Part shown: piece after piece, positions 13,301 to 25,514 of the stretch
Position numbering within the stretch: position 1 is the stretch's first letter
How the letters are laid out: the number at the start of each line of letters is the position of its first letter
Source of the DNA: Leucoraja ocellata
Lineage: Eukaryota
Assembly (NCBI GenBank): GCA_036785375.1
Contig: JAWMAR010001270.1
Location: 62,001 to 126,000 of the forward strand
Length of the DNA stretch: 64,000 nucleotides
Direction of reading: 5' to 3'
Notes under the pieces: generated by a model
Database searches by the model: none
What the model was told of the DNA's origin: nothing
Seen by the model: the letters and a program-made list of their open reading frames with translations, nothing else
Translations under genes and position numbers: made by a program

Positions 13301-15036
13301 CTTTGGGCAGCACCTCTATTGCTGCACCACTGTGTGAATAGGGTAAATATTAGTCAAACCCTCAATCAGTGATCAGACACAAATATCTCAACAGGGGACT
13401 TTGCATAATCTTGTACCCTGATGTTTGAGCACTACTCGAATTTATCAACCATTCTTAGTCTTGGAATCCAAAAACTCAGACCAATTACATTTCTTTATAT
13501 AAAAAAGGATATTCATCTGGTTGGCCTATACTCTACCGCTACATCAGAGAATCTGGTGCTTCTGTACCCATGAACTTGCGACTGCATTGTCACAGGACAA
13601 TGAGTACTGTAGAAGCTGTACTTTGTCCAGGCGCAGCCACTCAGCACTGAGATGCGGGGATCATGAATGCATCTTGCAATGAATGGGCTCAACAGCTGAA
13701 AATGGGGCTGCTTCATTGGTTGAGAGGGGCCCCGTCTCATCAGCACATCTAAGATCACAAAAGAATCTTGATGAACTGGGACAATGGGCCGAGGAATGGC
13801 ACATGGAGTTTAATGCAGAGGTTTTACATTGTCAAGACAAACTTGGACAGGGCTAATACAATAAATGGTAGGCCCTGGGGAGTGCTGTAGAACAGAAAGA
13901 CCTAGAAGTACATAGTTCCATGAATATGGTGATGCAGGTAGACAGGGTGCTGAAGAAAATATTTGGCATGCATGTCTTCATGAGTCAGGTTGAGTACAGG
14001 AGTTGGGACATGTTATTGCTGGCTAAGATGTTGGTACGGTCACATTGAGTACTGTGTACAGTTCTGGGGTGAAAATACAGCTATTCACCAGGATAGGGAG
14101 AATGGGGTTAAGGTGGGAGAGGGATATTAAAGGGGCCTTTGGAGCAACTTTTTCACCAAAAGGGTGATTCGCGAGCAGCCAGAGGAAGTGCGAGGCAAGT
14201 TCAATTACAATATACAAGACACTTGGACAGGTTCACGGCTCGATAAGGTATGATACATACATACTTGGGCCACAAAGCGACTTCCATCACAATTAGCAGG
14301 AGGTGAGGGAGGATTTGTAGGGCGCCCAGCTGTTTTTCTGTAGCAATGACCTGCACTCACTGGATGTCTCACTGTATCTTGCATAACAGCACACTGTATG
14401 ACACTCGCCTCCCTGTTCGCCCCATCCCACCCGATAGCAGCACACAGACAGCCATTGAATATTTAAAATGGCTCCTTCCACATGGGCTAGTCTGCTACTG
14501 GGTCACTGACTTTTGCATCGCCTGGTTGTGCCAGAGGCGAGTCGTGTCCATAACCAGGAACCCGGCCCTGCAAGCCTGGTTGTAACAGGCCATGTATAAA
14601 CACGACTTGCTTTCTGGGAAGGAACACCGAACGCTAGTTGAACGCCGAACTAATGTATTAGCATGCTGAAAAAGTAGTACTTTAAATCTTTACCTACACT
14701 TCCTAGGAGATTACACTAGCAATAACCTAGTATGAACATTAAGTGCAAAAATAAATATTGCTTTATAAATACAATTAAAAATTGGAGTAAGAAAAAATAC
14801 TTAAAGTAACTATCTTATACTAATCAATGATCGATATTTGAAAACAAAATCTATTCATGTATTTACTAACATCCGATATTTAATGACTTTCACAGACTAA
14901 AGGAAGCGAAGCTGACAAGCCTACTTACGCTGCTCTGCAGTTTTCCAAATCAATTAAATCAGCACCTAAACCCAAGAACGAACACCCAGTCTACGCAGAT
15001 ATAAATATTTCAAAGGGGAAACGGTACTGTGAATGA
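1306..15036 (+). CDS. G1: VJ-C1-TM IgSF receptor (SIRP/NITR-like), join(1306-1360,1567-1872,4103-4393,6336-6434,7057-7100,14896-15036), 311 aa; possible extra mini-exon 14622-14654
   Basis: All introns are GT-AG with compatible phases (1,1,1,1,0). Most exon sizes match paralog G4. The joined frame is open from ATG 1306 to TGA 15034-15036. Confidence 0.85.
1567..1872 (+). CDS. G1 V-J Ig exon
   Basis: Acceptor tggcag|, Cys-B (MFC), Trp-C (VSWW), DSGVYYC, J-like GDGAGSRLTV, donor G|gtaagt; 306 nt. Confidence 0.95.
2590..2620 (+). ncRNA. Minimal hammerhead ribozyme motif in a Penelope-type short repeat (other copies: 12962-12992 -, 23201-23231 -, 39266-39296 -, ~6039-6069 -, ~10585-10615 +)
   Basis: CTGAAGA core, stem II GGG-TCTCGA-CCC, GAAAC-GTC cleavage triplet with palindromic ACGT. 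Confidence 0.65.
4103..4393 (+). CDS. G1 C1-set Ig exon
   Basis: LVCQTAAFSPKEVKISW...GLYVASSFL...YTCLVSHVSL is the C1 signature; ttacag| acceptor and G|gtaaga donor. Confidence 0.95.
6336..6434 (+). CDS. G1 TM exon DSNLALILGCVLGVLAILIPIIILIVLRIKATN
   Basis: Uncharged hydrophobic run with basic stop-transfer residues; 99 nt, phase 1-1. Confidence 0.9.
7057..7100 (+). CDS. G1 cytoplasmic exon 1 DVNKNSMESSRSAET
   Basis: Polypyrimidine tract plus tttag|, 44 nt, donor gtaggg; same size and phase as G4 exon 48265-48308. Confidence 0.75.
7940..8535 (+). mobile_element. Decayed Penelope-like element fragments
   Basis: VLGLLH...KLVEQHLIIHLGSFT..SGMNI resembles the C-terminus of Penelope ORFs; related pieces lie at ~21190-21480 and ~37300-37590. 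Confidence 0.55.
8641..10450 (+). mobile_element. Young 5'-truncated CR1 LINE (family A, TTTCTATG tail) with uninterrupted RT ORF (8609-10351)
   Basis: NYRPVSLTS, QHGF, LDFQKAFDKV, GVPQGSVLGP and FADD motifs; microsatellite tail; TSD (g)tatcc at 8635-8640 and 10450-10455. Confidence 0.95.
10850..14230 (+). mobile_element. Old fragmented near-full-length CR1 ORF2, interrupted by younger repeats
   Basis: APE motifs LNCIYFNARGL (~10850) and DIVAITETWL (~10915); RT motif PQGSVLGPLLF (~12620); many stops and frameshifts. Confidence 0.75.
14896..15036 (+). CDS. G1 terminal exon TKGSEADKPTYAALQFSKSIKSAPKPKNEHPVYADINISKGKRYCE*
   Basis: ctttcacag|ACTAAA start shared with the G2, G3 and G4 terminal exons; two Tyr motifs homologous to the G4 ITIM and ITSM. 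Confidence 0.85.
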   Translation, partial: TKGSEADKPTYAALQFSKSIKSAPKPKNEHPVYADINISKGKRYCE

Positions 15037-17297
15037 GTGAAGATGCAAGACCTTATCACTTGCCATTTATTGCCTGTCCAATTGAAAGGATCCACATCGC
15101 AGATCAGGGAAGAGGATAGCTATCATGTGCAACAGAAGAAATACCTTGACAGAATCGGAAGCCGACGTGTTAATAACCAGTGCTTTCCAAGACGAAAGCA
15201 AGAACAGTAATGCCAGTGTCATACAGGTGCAAACATGAACACCTATCCTCCCTCATTTATGCTGCTGTACAGTACATTTGGTGCAATGTTATCAAAATTT
15301 CACAAAGTGAGCTTACGTTCTATAAGAAAATGCCCGTTACTTCAATTTTATAAAAATAATTTTATTTTCACTTAATTAAAACTGTCTTTTCAAATTCATC
15401 CACGGCTTGAAGATTATCAGTTGTTGTGACTGCCATCTGTATTGATACAAAACAGAAAAAATTGCCAACCAACAAACCAGGAGAGAAATGCATTGTTGCC
15501 TAAAGTGATTAGGGCAGTGCGGAACCACAAGGTGCACTCCAAGTCCTTGCAAGAAGTCACTTTTCCACCTGTTCAAATATTTGGACGAAAAGACTTGGAT
15601 ACTTAGATCGAGTTGAGAAGATCTATAATCTCATTGAATGGCTGAATTTAGAGAACAGCATTTTAAAGAATTATGTCTGGGAGTAAGAACAGATTGGTGC
15701 ATTTAACATTGGCTTAAATGCAGGCCATACACATATCATATCCAGGCAGTCCTATTCCACATTTTTCTACATCTTTTTTCTCTCATGCCCGTCAACGTCT
15801 CCTACTCAGCTAACCCAGGGTCAATTTACGGTAAAGAGGAAGGAAAGTGAAGGAAACCCACATTGGCATAACATGTTCACATTGCAGAGCATTAGAAGTA
15901 CAAGTCAGGATAATCTACCACCATTAACTGGTGATTAAAGTACTATTATATATTATGGGATTGGTATAGTGATAGGCTGCCGAGGGCAATAGATGGGGAG
16001 AAAAGGAAATCCACTGCCCGACTCTTAACCTACAGTACCCCACAATACATTGGGAGCCCAGAGTCACCCATTATGGATATACAAACAGCAGTTGTTCACC
16101 TCTCCCTTACCAAGGCACAATACCCAACCTCTGCAATAAATTATCGCGATATTATTCGAATCTGCTTTAAATCCGAAGTGCTGATTTTGAAATGTTGTTA
16201 GAATTGCATTTGCATCTGTTTGTATACGCGGCTTCAAATTGCGAATGGAATATTTTCGTAAATGTTCATACTGGGCAGATGTGTGTGGTAGTTTTCAAGC
16301 GAGAAACGAAAGTTGTTTTTATCCTGGAGCTAAAAAAAAGTACTGGAACAACTTTTTCCAAGGAAATGTCCCGACCCGAAATGTCACCCGTCCAATACCT
16401 CCAAAGATGCTAGCCGATTCGCTGAGTTATTCCAACATGGGGGAAGGAGCATGTTCAGTTCCCCCACTTCAGTGCGTGTGATGATTTATTTAGCGACGCT
16501 CAACTTCCAGTGTGTCACTTCCCCAGATTGAGAAATATTCAGTATTCCCTTCGCGTTCGGGAAACATTTATCCTGGTGAAATTTGTACCCTCGTAAACCT
16601 TCACCCCGCGCATTAAAATACAGTACTGCCCAAACACTCGCAAGGACCCAGTTTTCATCCGCACCCAACCACTTGATTATAGATAGCTGTGACAATTTCA
16701 TTTTGTTCCCGTGGCAATCTCTGAAATTAAAACAGCTCGACAAACCACCTCGTTTTGAGGGAAACACAAATGTCTAATACCAATTTCGCCCGCGTTAACT
16801 CTTATACTCCTATTTAGAGCAGCGGCACCTTTCTTATGGGTCACTAGTTGATAGACTCGCATTCTTTGTGCTTTTAATTTACCCCGTCACTTTCCTGCCG
16901 ACGAGAGAGCAGTTTATAACAATAGGACAACTTAAAACGGTTCAAACAATAGCGCGGTTAACTCGTCATAATAACATTGTGATATAATTCTCAAGTGAGA
17001 CAAACGAGTGAACGTCCATTCCAAGGCAACAAAATACATAATATATTTGTCTCTGTTAAAGCTACCCCAACTCCGTTGAAAATCATCCCGGTTAAAGGAA
17101 CTTCATCGCAGTCTCGGAAACTTGTGTGTAAAACGGCGAGCTTTTATCCGGAAAAAATAGAAATCTCCTGGCGGAGAAATAACGAAGAAATTCTGACCAG
17201 AATAGAAACGGTAAAAAAAAAATAGAAGCGCAGAAGGATTGTATGAGGTTTCCAGATTTTTGGAAGGAATTAAACTTGCTTGAGGCGACGCCGTTTA

Positions 17298-17516
17298 AAC
17301 ATAGAAACATAGAAACATAGAAATTAGGTGCAGGAGTAGGCCATTCGGCCCTTCGAGCCTGCACCGCCATTTAATATGATCATGGCTGATCATCCAACTC
17401 AGTATCCCGTACCTGCCTTCTCTCCATACCCTCTGATCCCCTTGGCCACAAGGGCCACATCTAACTCCCTTAAATATAGCCAACGAACTGGCCTCAACTA
17501 CCCACTGTGGCAGAGA
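17298..17516 (-). mobile_element. CR1 family A 3' fragment inserted in the G2 C1 exon
   Basis: (CATAGAAA)n tail; GTTTA duplicated at 17293-17297 and 17517-17521. Confidence 0.9.
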
Positions 17517-17708
17517 GTTTACACCTGCTTGGTATATCATGTTTCCCTTGAGGTGCCAGCAGCTCTCAGCTACACCGTCAAAAAAGGTAAGATTGTAATT
17601 ACTTGCAGACAAGAGCGGGTGTATATGTCCAACCTGGTTAGAATTTAAATATACAGCTGCTCAAACACGGGGACAATGGCTAGATACGACCCGTGTTTAT
17701 TCGTAATG

Positions 17709-18281
17709 GTGAGACCAAATCTGGAGTATGGTGTACAATTTTGGTCGCCCAATTATAGGAAGGATGTCAACAAAATAGAGAGAGTACAGAGGAGATTTAC
17801 TAGAATGTTGCCTGGGTTTCAACAACTAAGTTACAGAGATAGGTTGAATAAGTTAGGTCTTTATTCTCTGGAGCGCAGAAGGTTAAGGGGGGACTTGATA
17901 GAGGTCTTTAAAATGATGAGAGGGATAGACAGAGTTGTTGTGGACAAGCTTTTCCCTTTGAGAATAGGGAAGATTCAAACAAGAGGACATGACTTCAGAA
18001 TTAAGGGACAGAAGTTTAGGGGTAATATGAGGGGGAACTTCTTTACGCAGAGAGTGGTGGCGGTGTGGAATGAGCTCCCAGTGGAAGTGGTGGAGGCAGG
18101 TTTATTGGTATCATTTAAAAATAAATTGGATAGGCATATGGATGAGAAGGGAATGGAGGGTTATGGTATGAGTGCAGGCAGGTGGGACTAAGGGGCAAAA
18201 AAAAATTGTTCGGCATGGACTTGTAGGGCCGAGATGGCCTGTTTCCGTGCTGTAATTGTTATATGGTTATATGGTTATATG
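17709..18281 (+). mobile_element. CR1 family B 3' fragment (ATATGGTT tail), copy A only
   Basis: TSD GTAATG at 17703-17708 and 18282-18287; empty site at ~33617-33622. Confidence 0.9.
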
Positions 18282-21200
18282 GTAATGAGAGATCAATGTT
18301 TCAAAATCACAAATGTTATCGCTAAATTCCTAAATGTGTATATATTTCTATATATTATGTCGTTCACATTTCCCCTGTTTCTCACTTGATCCATAAGATG
18401 CAGATAAAATCCTAATTATCGGATGCGCAGTGGGTGTCTTGGCAGTTTTAGTTTTGGTCATTATCTTGATAAGGCTCCAATTAAAGGCACAAAATGGTGA
18501 GAATTATACACATCTTACGGTATTCTCGGTCTTAATCATAATGGTGGTTAAAAAAAAACAAGGGCAGTAAATGCTATTCGATTGCAAAACAATAAAACAA
18601 TTGAGAATAAAACTGACCATTAACAATGACAAAAATAAATCTCAAGATATAAATCTTACATCTTCCCATGTCAATGTTTCAATCGTCGTATACTTTTGTT
18701 GTCTCCATCGGTTACTGAATTCACCGAAATTCGGTAGTGGTGCCGAAGCCGACGGATATTAAGCAGAGTGCAGAGATAACACTTTCAATCTACCAAGTAT
18801 GCAATGGGGTCAAGGAAGGAGCGTTCACGTCGCGGCCCTGTTTCCACCAATCTTTCCACCACCACGCACTAGAAGCACAAGAACAGACACCATTGTATGC
18901 AGATGCCGAGACGTGTGTTCAGCTCTAGTTGAACAACTTCTAATCTTGTGTGTGGTCTCGATAAGTAGAGTACGCAATGTTGGATGATTTCAGCCCAAGG
19001 ACAATATGAACAACTCTATTTCCTAGCGACCGTTGATTTCCTGACAATTGTGCAGGCAGGTTCATCGTAGAATTTACCCCATGAGAATATAGATTAAACG
19101 GTCTATCAGCGAATCTTAAAATTGTACTTTTCATTATCAGCATTTTTAATACGTAATATTAAATGTTTGCTACTTTAAATCTACTATTCGTCTGCCCCCT
19201 TAAGCAGATTCCATTTACGTTCATACAAATGATCGGCAATAACGAAGAAAGCTAATGTTGTTCTACGGGCCTGGAATGATTAGTAGCACCGAAGATCAAC
19301 ACTAAGTGAAATCAGGGAAAGAAAATTAATGAAGAATGGCAAAATAAAATCTGCTACTGGCAGATCACTGGAAGATCGCTAACTCAACGAAACAACACTA
19401 AAACACAGAATAATCCACCCCAGCAGTAGCGCGCAATACAGTTTTAGAATAAACTACTGTTTTCTCAACTCATTAGAAGCAGTTCCCCAACTTGCAGTGA
19501 AGCACTTTTAATCCCGTGCCCGTGTATCATTAAAGGTGACGGATAACAATTCCATATTTGTTTGCATGTTGGTGCAGTCTCATGGATTAGTATGAATCCT
19601 GAAATGTATATACATTCTCTTTGAGACTGGTAGTATTTTGTTTCAAAATCGTATTCTTTGTGCCACCAGATGGTAATTGACTAATGGCCGATATAAATTA
19701 CTTTCACAGACTAAAGATGATAGATTCTACGTTATATCATGTCGATTTGCAGTTACTCAACTCCAGTCAGCAGTAACATTTAACCAGAAAGAGGAACATG
19801 TACCTTATGCAGATGGAAATGTTTTAAAGAAGGAGCGAAGCTGGGAATCGAAGCTGTAGACTGTGAATAATTGCAGGCGGAAATATTGCTACTTTCTGAT
19901 CATTGCAGCCAAGCTAATGAACTCCCATGGTAACAATCGTTGGAGCTGCAGGTCGTTTTCACCTGCATTGAGTCAATGTTTTGGTGTAAATGACCATCAT
20001 TTAACAAGCATCCAACACTTTCTGAAAGCAGGGATGAAAGTGCCAGTTTGCATTTGTTGTAAATTTTAAAAATCGTGTTTGTTTATTTTACTTCTGTTCA
20101 CAAATGTGAATAATTTCGCTGGTGCTTTGTGAAGAAACTATGGCCACGTCCGTTCGTGATAACATGTCACTTAATGATGTCTGATTTAAAAAAACGCCGA
20201 TTATTCAGTTGTGCAACCAATATATTTTCCCTTCATTAAATTCCATGCTTTTTCAATGCACCTGAGCCTTTGTCCTCTCATTTGTTTCGAAATACACTAA
20301 CGTCAACACAAACCAGAGAAGGAAATCCGAAGAAACCCATCAACCAATCAAGTGCACTACCATTGAATACACTTGTAATGAAATGGTATTAGTCAGTCAT
20401 GTGATGATAGCCTGGCGGAGCAAAGCGCCTCAGTGACGTCAGTGGCATAGCCACCTACAGTGGAACAGAAGATGTAAGTTCTGTCAGGTGCCAGTTCTGC
20501 ACGGATGGTTCCATTTGCCCAGACATTACTGTTGGTAACTTCATATGTTCCACGTACAAAGCAAAGCAAATCAGTACGTGCATCAGCATGTAGTGACTGG
20601 AAGCACCAGCAGACCTTGGCGGACTGAGCGCTTACATAGGTAGATTCCTGTTTACATTAAATCCATTGTGCTGTATTCAACTAAAGGTGTGAATTAAATC
20701 GTCCAGACTGGATGGTGATGCAACTTAATAAATATCAAGACTGTGCACAAATTGCAAACTGTTTATGATTCTTTCCACTGATGCACCTATGACATAGTGA
20801 AATAATGTGAATGCCAGAGTGTGCCACAGGCCATATGTATTCTCTTGCTCTTGGGATAATGTGGCAATTTATTCGTGTTTGCCTATCCCTTCTCACTTCT
20901 CAATAGCGCGATTTCCCCTTATCTGAAATTATAATCTACTGCTCTTATGAATAGTTTAATAACATTAACTCTTGTGAATGAGTTTAACTTGTCATAAGGT
21001 CATAAGTGATAGGAATAGAATTAGGCCATTCGTCCCATCAAGTCTACTCCGCCATTCAACCATGGGTGATCTATCTCTCCCTCCTATCTCCACTCTCCTG
21101 TCTTCTCCCCATAACCCCTGACACCTGAATTTCCATAACCCCTGACACCTGAACTTGTGCCACCGACTCAAGCAGCGGGCCACATAACTGCAAATCTGGA

Positions 21201-21639
21201 TAATTTATTTCAAAATCAAGTATCCACAAGATTGACCAGGACAATTATCTGCAAAGTCTCTTCGCTAAGTACTATTCCTAATGACCACAGGGAATCGATT
21301 TCCCACAGTTTAGTAGCGAAGCATAAACCTCCGCATAAACCTACCAGATCTCCCATTACTAAACACTTTAACATCCCCATCAGAGTGGGGCTCAGTGCAA
21401 ATTGGAGGAAGAGCACCGACTATTTCGCTTGGGAAGCTTCCCCTACAGCGGTATGAATATTGACCTCCAACTTCAAGTAACCCAACTCTCAACCAATACT
21501 AATATTGGTGGCCAGTGGGGGGGGGGGGGGGGCTTTCTGGAGCGCTAGTATGGTGTTGTGGGCTGAAGGGACTGGTTTCCAGAGGGCTAGTATGGACACA
21601 GTGGACCGAATGGATTCTTGGGCTGGCGGCTCAGTCACA

Positions 21640-22711
21640 CATGCCTGTTGTGCTGGCAGCTCACTCACTCACGGCTGGTGGGCTGGCAGTTGACTCACTG
21701 CTATTCCTTGAAATTCCATTTCAAGCAGGGTGCAAGGCCATCAAATTCAAGTGCAGTTTCATACCATTTCAAGCAGGGTGCAAGGCCACTAAAGACAGCA
21801 GTCGTCACCTCTCCTACATCTTGCAGAGACTGAGCCACGCCCACACTTCTGGGTTTTATAGTCCCTCCCACCCCCCTCCCACCAGAAGGGGCGGGGCCTT
21901 CATGGCGTAATTAACAGGAGAGAGAATATGAACATTTTTTAAAACACTAATAATAACTCTTTTATTTTTCATCGATGGGAAAAATCCTCGGCACCTGATT
22001 CGTGGAGGGGTACTCTGAGTAAGATGTCCAAAGATCACAGCCGTACATGGTAGCGTTGTTTCTAAAATCAATACAAAGCGTAAACGGGAAGTGGTCAAGA
22101 TTAGACATTTATTATATAGAAGGCAAGGCAATTTTAATTGGGCAAGGCAACTTTAATTAGGCAAGGCAACTTTAATTAGGCAAGGCAGCTTTAATTAGAC
22201 AAGGCAACTTTAATTATGCAACTTTAATCAGGCAAGGCAACTTTAATTATGCAACTTTAATTAGGCAAGGCAACTTTAATTAGGCCACACAGCTTTAGCA
22301 TTTCCAAACCAAAGGCAGCACAGATTTAGCATTTCCAAACTATATTTTCAAACCACATTAAGGGCACTGACAGGTCAGTAAAACCACTCACAGTTTAGTA
22401 GACATGTGTTCAGTGTTATTTACAGCTCAGATTGAGACATTACCCTCTCGCGCCCCCATCTTGCAGAGACTGACTGAGGCACTCAACACTTCCGGGTTTT
22501 ATAGTCCCTTCAGGAGAGAGAATCTCAACATTTTAAAAACACTAATAACTCTTTTATTTTTAATCATGGGAAAAATCCTCTTGCCCTGCGCAGCGGAAGG
22601 GGACGGGGACTCTAAGTAAGATGGCCAAAAATCACAGCCATCAGTGGCAGTGTTTTTTCTAAAAATCAATATATAGAACGTGGTCAAGATCAGACTTTTA
22701 ATAATATAGAT
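21640..22711 (-). mobile_element. Putative composite non-autonomous Helitron-like element with an internal 19-bp minisatellite (AGGCAAGGCAACTTTAATT)n at ~22121-22285; duplicate at ~37770-38780
   Basis: Two related modules, each starting TCTATA on the minus strand (22710 and 22120). The 3' CTAG end was not clearly found. Confidence 0.45.
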
Positions 22712-24690
22712 ATATGTGTGTGTGTAAATGTATGTTTTATATACACACACTGGACTCTTTTGCCGTTTATTGTATTGCTCACAGTGTACTATCTTTACAT
22801 ATTCTGTTGTGCTGCTGGAATAAAGAATGTCGTTGTTCTATCTGGGACATATGACAATAAAACGCTCTTGACGTGTTTTCTTCTGAGACTGGCCGCCTAG
22901 CTGAAGAATTGGAAATTACGAGAAGCACGGATAGTGTTTTCGTCGGAACCTATGAAAGATAGGAAGGTATTGTTTTAACATCTAAGGTGTAGAGTTATGC
23001 TGGGCCAGGTTTTGACGCAGAAAGTGCCTAGAACGCATTACCAGGGATGCTGGAAGAAGAGAAGACAGCAGTTTTTAAAGAGTCTTTTCGATAGGCATAT
23101 AAATATGTACAAAGGAACTGCAAATGCTGGTTTAAACCGAAGATAGACACAAAAAGCTTGAGAACAGCGGGACAGGCAGCATCTCTGGAGAGATGGAATG
23201 GGTGACGTTTCGCGTCGAGACCCTTCTTCAGAAATATTGCAGGCATGGTGGGATGTGGATCATATGCAGATAGAGGAGATTAGTTTATCTTCGCATCATG
23301 TTCCGCGTAGACATACTAGTCCGAGAGACCCATTGCAGTGTTTAACTGTTGTATGTTTTATAATCTATTTGCTTTCGGAGACCTGAGTTCGATTCTCACT
23401 ACTTCATCTGCGAATTATAAATGATTATTTAAATTATTTTTTTTATATGCGTATACGCCGTCCTTGCTCTGCTCTTTTTTAGATGCCTCTTATTTGTTTC
23501 ATCAGGACGAAGCGTATGCCCTTCCGAATCAGATATCTTTTGGACTTCTGCTTGTAATTAGCAAACACGAATGTGTCCTTGCGAGCTTCTGCAACGTTTC
23601 TAAAAAAAAGATGCATCGAAACTAAGTTTTTTTCCATCGTCTACTGACTAACTAATCATCTACTGACTAACTAACTGACCACTGCATTTCTAGCTTGACA
23701 AAATAGAAATAACACACAGCATGAAAATAGAACTGTTCTCGTGAGTCTGCTGGCGACGTCATGGAAAGGCTTGCGGTCGAATGCTGTGCTTATCTGAAAC
23801 AAACAAGTCACGGACGGCTCGCGTTATCATCTTAGAAACTAAAGTGTAGAACAAGAAGTTTAATTTAAGACCATTGCTTAAAAGTCCACTTCCGTAAATG
23901 AAACATTTCTAAGGTTGTACTGTAATCTTCATTATTTCGCAGGAAGACACAAAATGCTGGAGTAACACAGTGGGACAGGCAGCATCACTGGAGAGAAGGA
24001 ATGGGAGACGTTTCGGGTTGAAACCCTTCTTTCCTTTATTGTTCTTTCCCTAATTATTTCGTGTTCGTTCTGGGAAAAAAATAAATACGTGGTAAACTTC
24101 ATCATGGCAATTAAATGGCTGATTTTTAAATATAACCATATAATATAACTATATAACAAGTACAGCACGGAAACAGGCCATCTCGGCCCTTCTAGTCCGT
24201 GCCGAACACTTACTCTCACCTAGTCCCATCTACCTGCACTCAGAACATACCCCTCCATTCATTTCCGTCCATATACCTGTTCCATCATTCTTGCCTGCTT
24301 GGAGTCCCGGGTATTTAATATGGTTGACGCGTTGTCACTTTTGCTCAGAAGAGCAGAGACGTGTGGTGCCTCTCCGGCATAGAGGAGCTGAAATATATCC
24401 GTGAGGGTTACTGGTGAGACTACCCCTGTGCACTTGACCTATGTGGGTGCGCTTAGTTCGTATTCCATACAACATTTGACAAGTTGTGATGATTCTATTG
24501 ATAATAAGAAGATATCGCCTGTAATTAGAGGCAACTTGCTGGCATTAACTATAAAGTTCATAGACTTTAGGGGCCGCTCGAATGGATAAGGAGAATGCAG
24601 ATGGACTGGCAATATGTCGCAATTGATGACCGTCGGAGATATGCATTTAGTGCATTTACATCTTCAGTCTGCATCTAAATTCCAGTTTTG

Positions 24691-24990
24691 TTTAATTTAG
24701 TTTAGAGATGCAGCGCGAAAACTGGCCCTTCGGCCCATCGGGTCCGCGCCGATAAGCGATCAACGCATATTAACACTATCCTACCCACGCTGGGGACATT
24801 TTTTACATTTACCAAGCCATTTACCTACATGCCTGCACGTCTTTGGAGTGTGGGAAGAAACCGGAGAAAGAAAGCCCACGCGGTCACGGGGAGAACGTAC
24901 AAACCCCGTACAGACAGTCCCCGTAGTCGGGATCGAACCCGGGTCCCCGGCGCTGCAAGTGCTGTTAGGCAGCAACTCTACCGCTGCGAT
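24691..24990 (-). mobile_element. tRNA-derived SINE (HE1/V-SINE-like); further copies at ~28175-28462, ~41418-41716 and ~42695-42988
   Basis: The minus strand has an A-box-like CGCAGCGGTAGAG, B-box GGTTCGATCCC, a CR1-like 3' end and a (CTAAA)n tail. Confidence 0.8.
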
Positions 24991-25514
24991 CACTTGGAAA
25001 CAAAGTTGTGGCAAGATAATTACTGGATAATGCTAGATTGCAGGTACTTTGTAATCTGAAATTAATCACGAAATATTGTGAATTCTAGGTGGTCGAGGAC
25101 AATCTGTGGAGAAAGAGAAACAGTAAATATTTCTATATTATAACAGAAATGATCAACTCGAGACGTTAGTTCTATTTCGCAATCTGACCTGTTGCAGGAT
25201 TCCAGTCAATTCCACCAAACGGTAGAAAACAGTATTTTCTTGTTAATGGCAATCCAACACATCTTGTCGAAAGGAGAATAAAAACGCAATCTAACCAATT
25301 ATTCCCATCAGGCATTGTTAATAATATTTGGAAAACGCATCTGCGATGACGTCATCAACAATGTAAGGGTCTAACGTTATGGAAAACAAAATTATGTTGC
25401 CCAAAGCTTTCCGCGCCTCCTGTTTACTAAATTAATCTAATTTAATGAAACTTTAAAAATATAGGAGCCATCTTGGAACCATTTAATCGAAGTTAAATTA
25501 ATAATGCAAACATG

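Larger units (their letters stand above)
17062..19859 (+). pseudogene. G2: V-less receptor pseudogene (broken C1 17062-17586, TM 18398-18496, decayed cytoplasmic exons ~18710-18910, terminal exon 19710-19859)
   Basis: The C1 exon has a +4 expansion in the A-run 17213-17222, an in-frame TGA at 17281-17283 and a CR1 insertion at 17298-17516. TM exon DADKILIIGCAVGVLAVLVLVIILIRLQLKAQN is intact. The cytoplasmic exon 1 homolog (LLNSPKFGSGAEA) lacks AG/GT. No leader or V exon found in 15037-17061. Confidence 0.85.

Noticed and set aside
20434-20441. CRE palindrome TGACGTCA (also in copy B)
   Set aside because: Short motif far from any start; its recurrence is explained by the duplication.
22121-22285. 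CRISPR-like repeat array
   Set aside because: Head-to-tail 19-bp minisatellite without unique spacers, in eukaryotic DNA.
24905-24990. tRNA gene
   Set aside because: The A and B boxes belong to a multi-copy SINE head.
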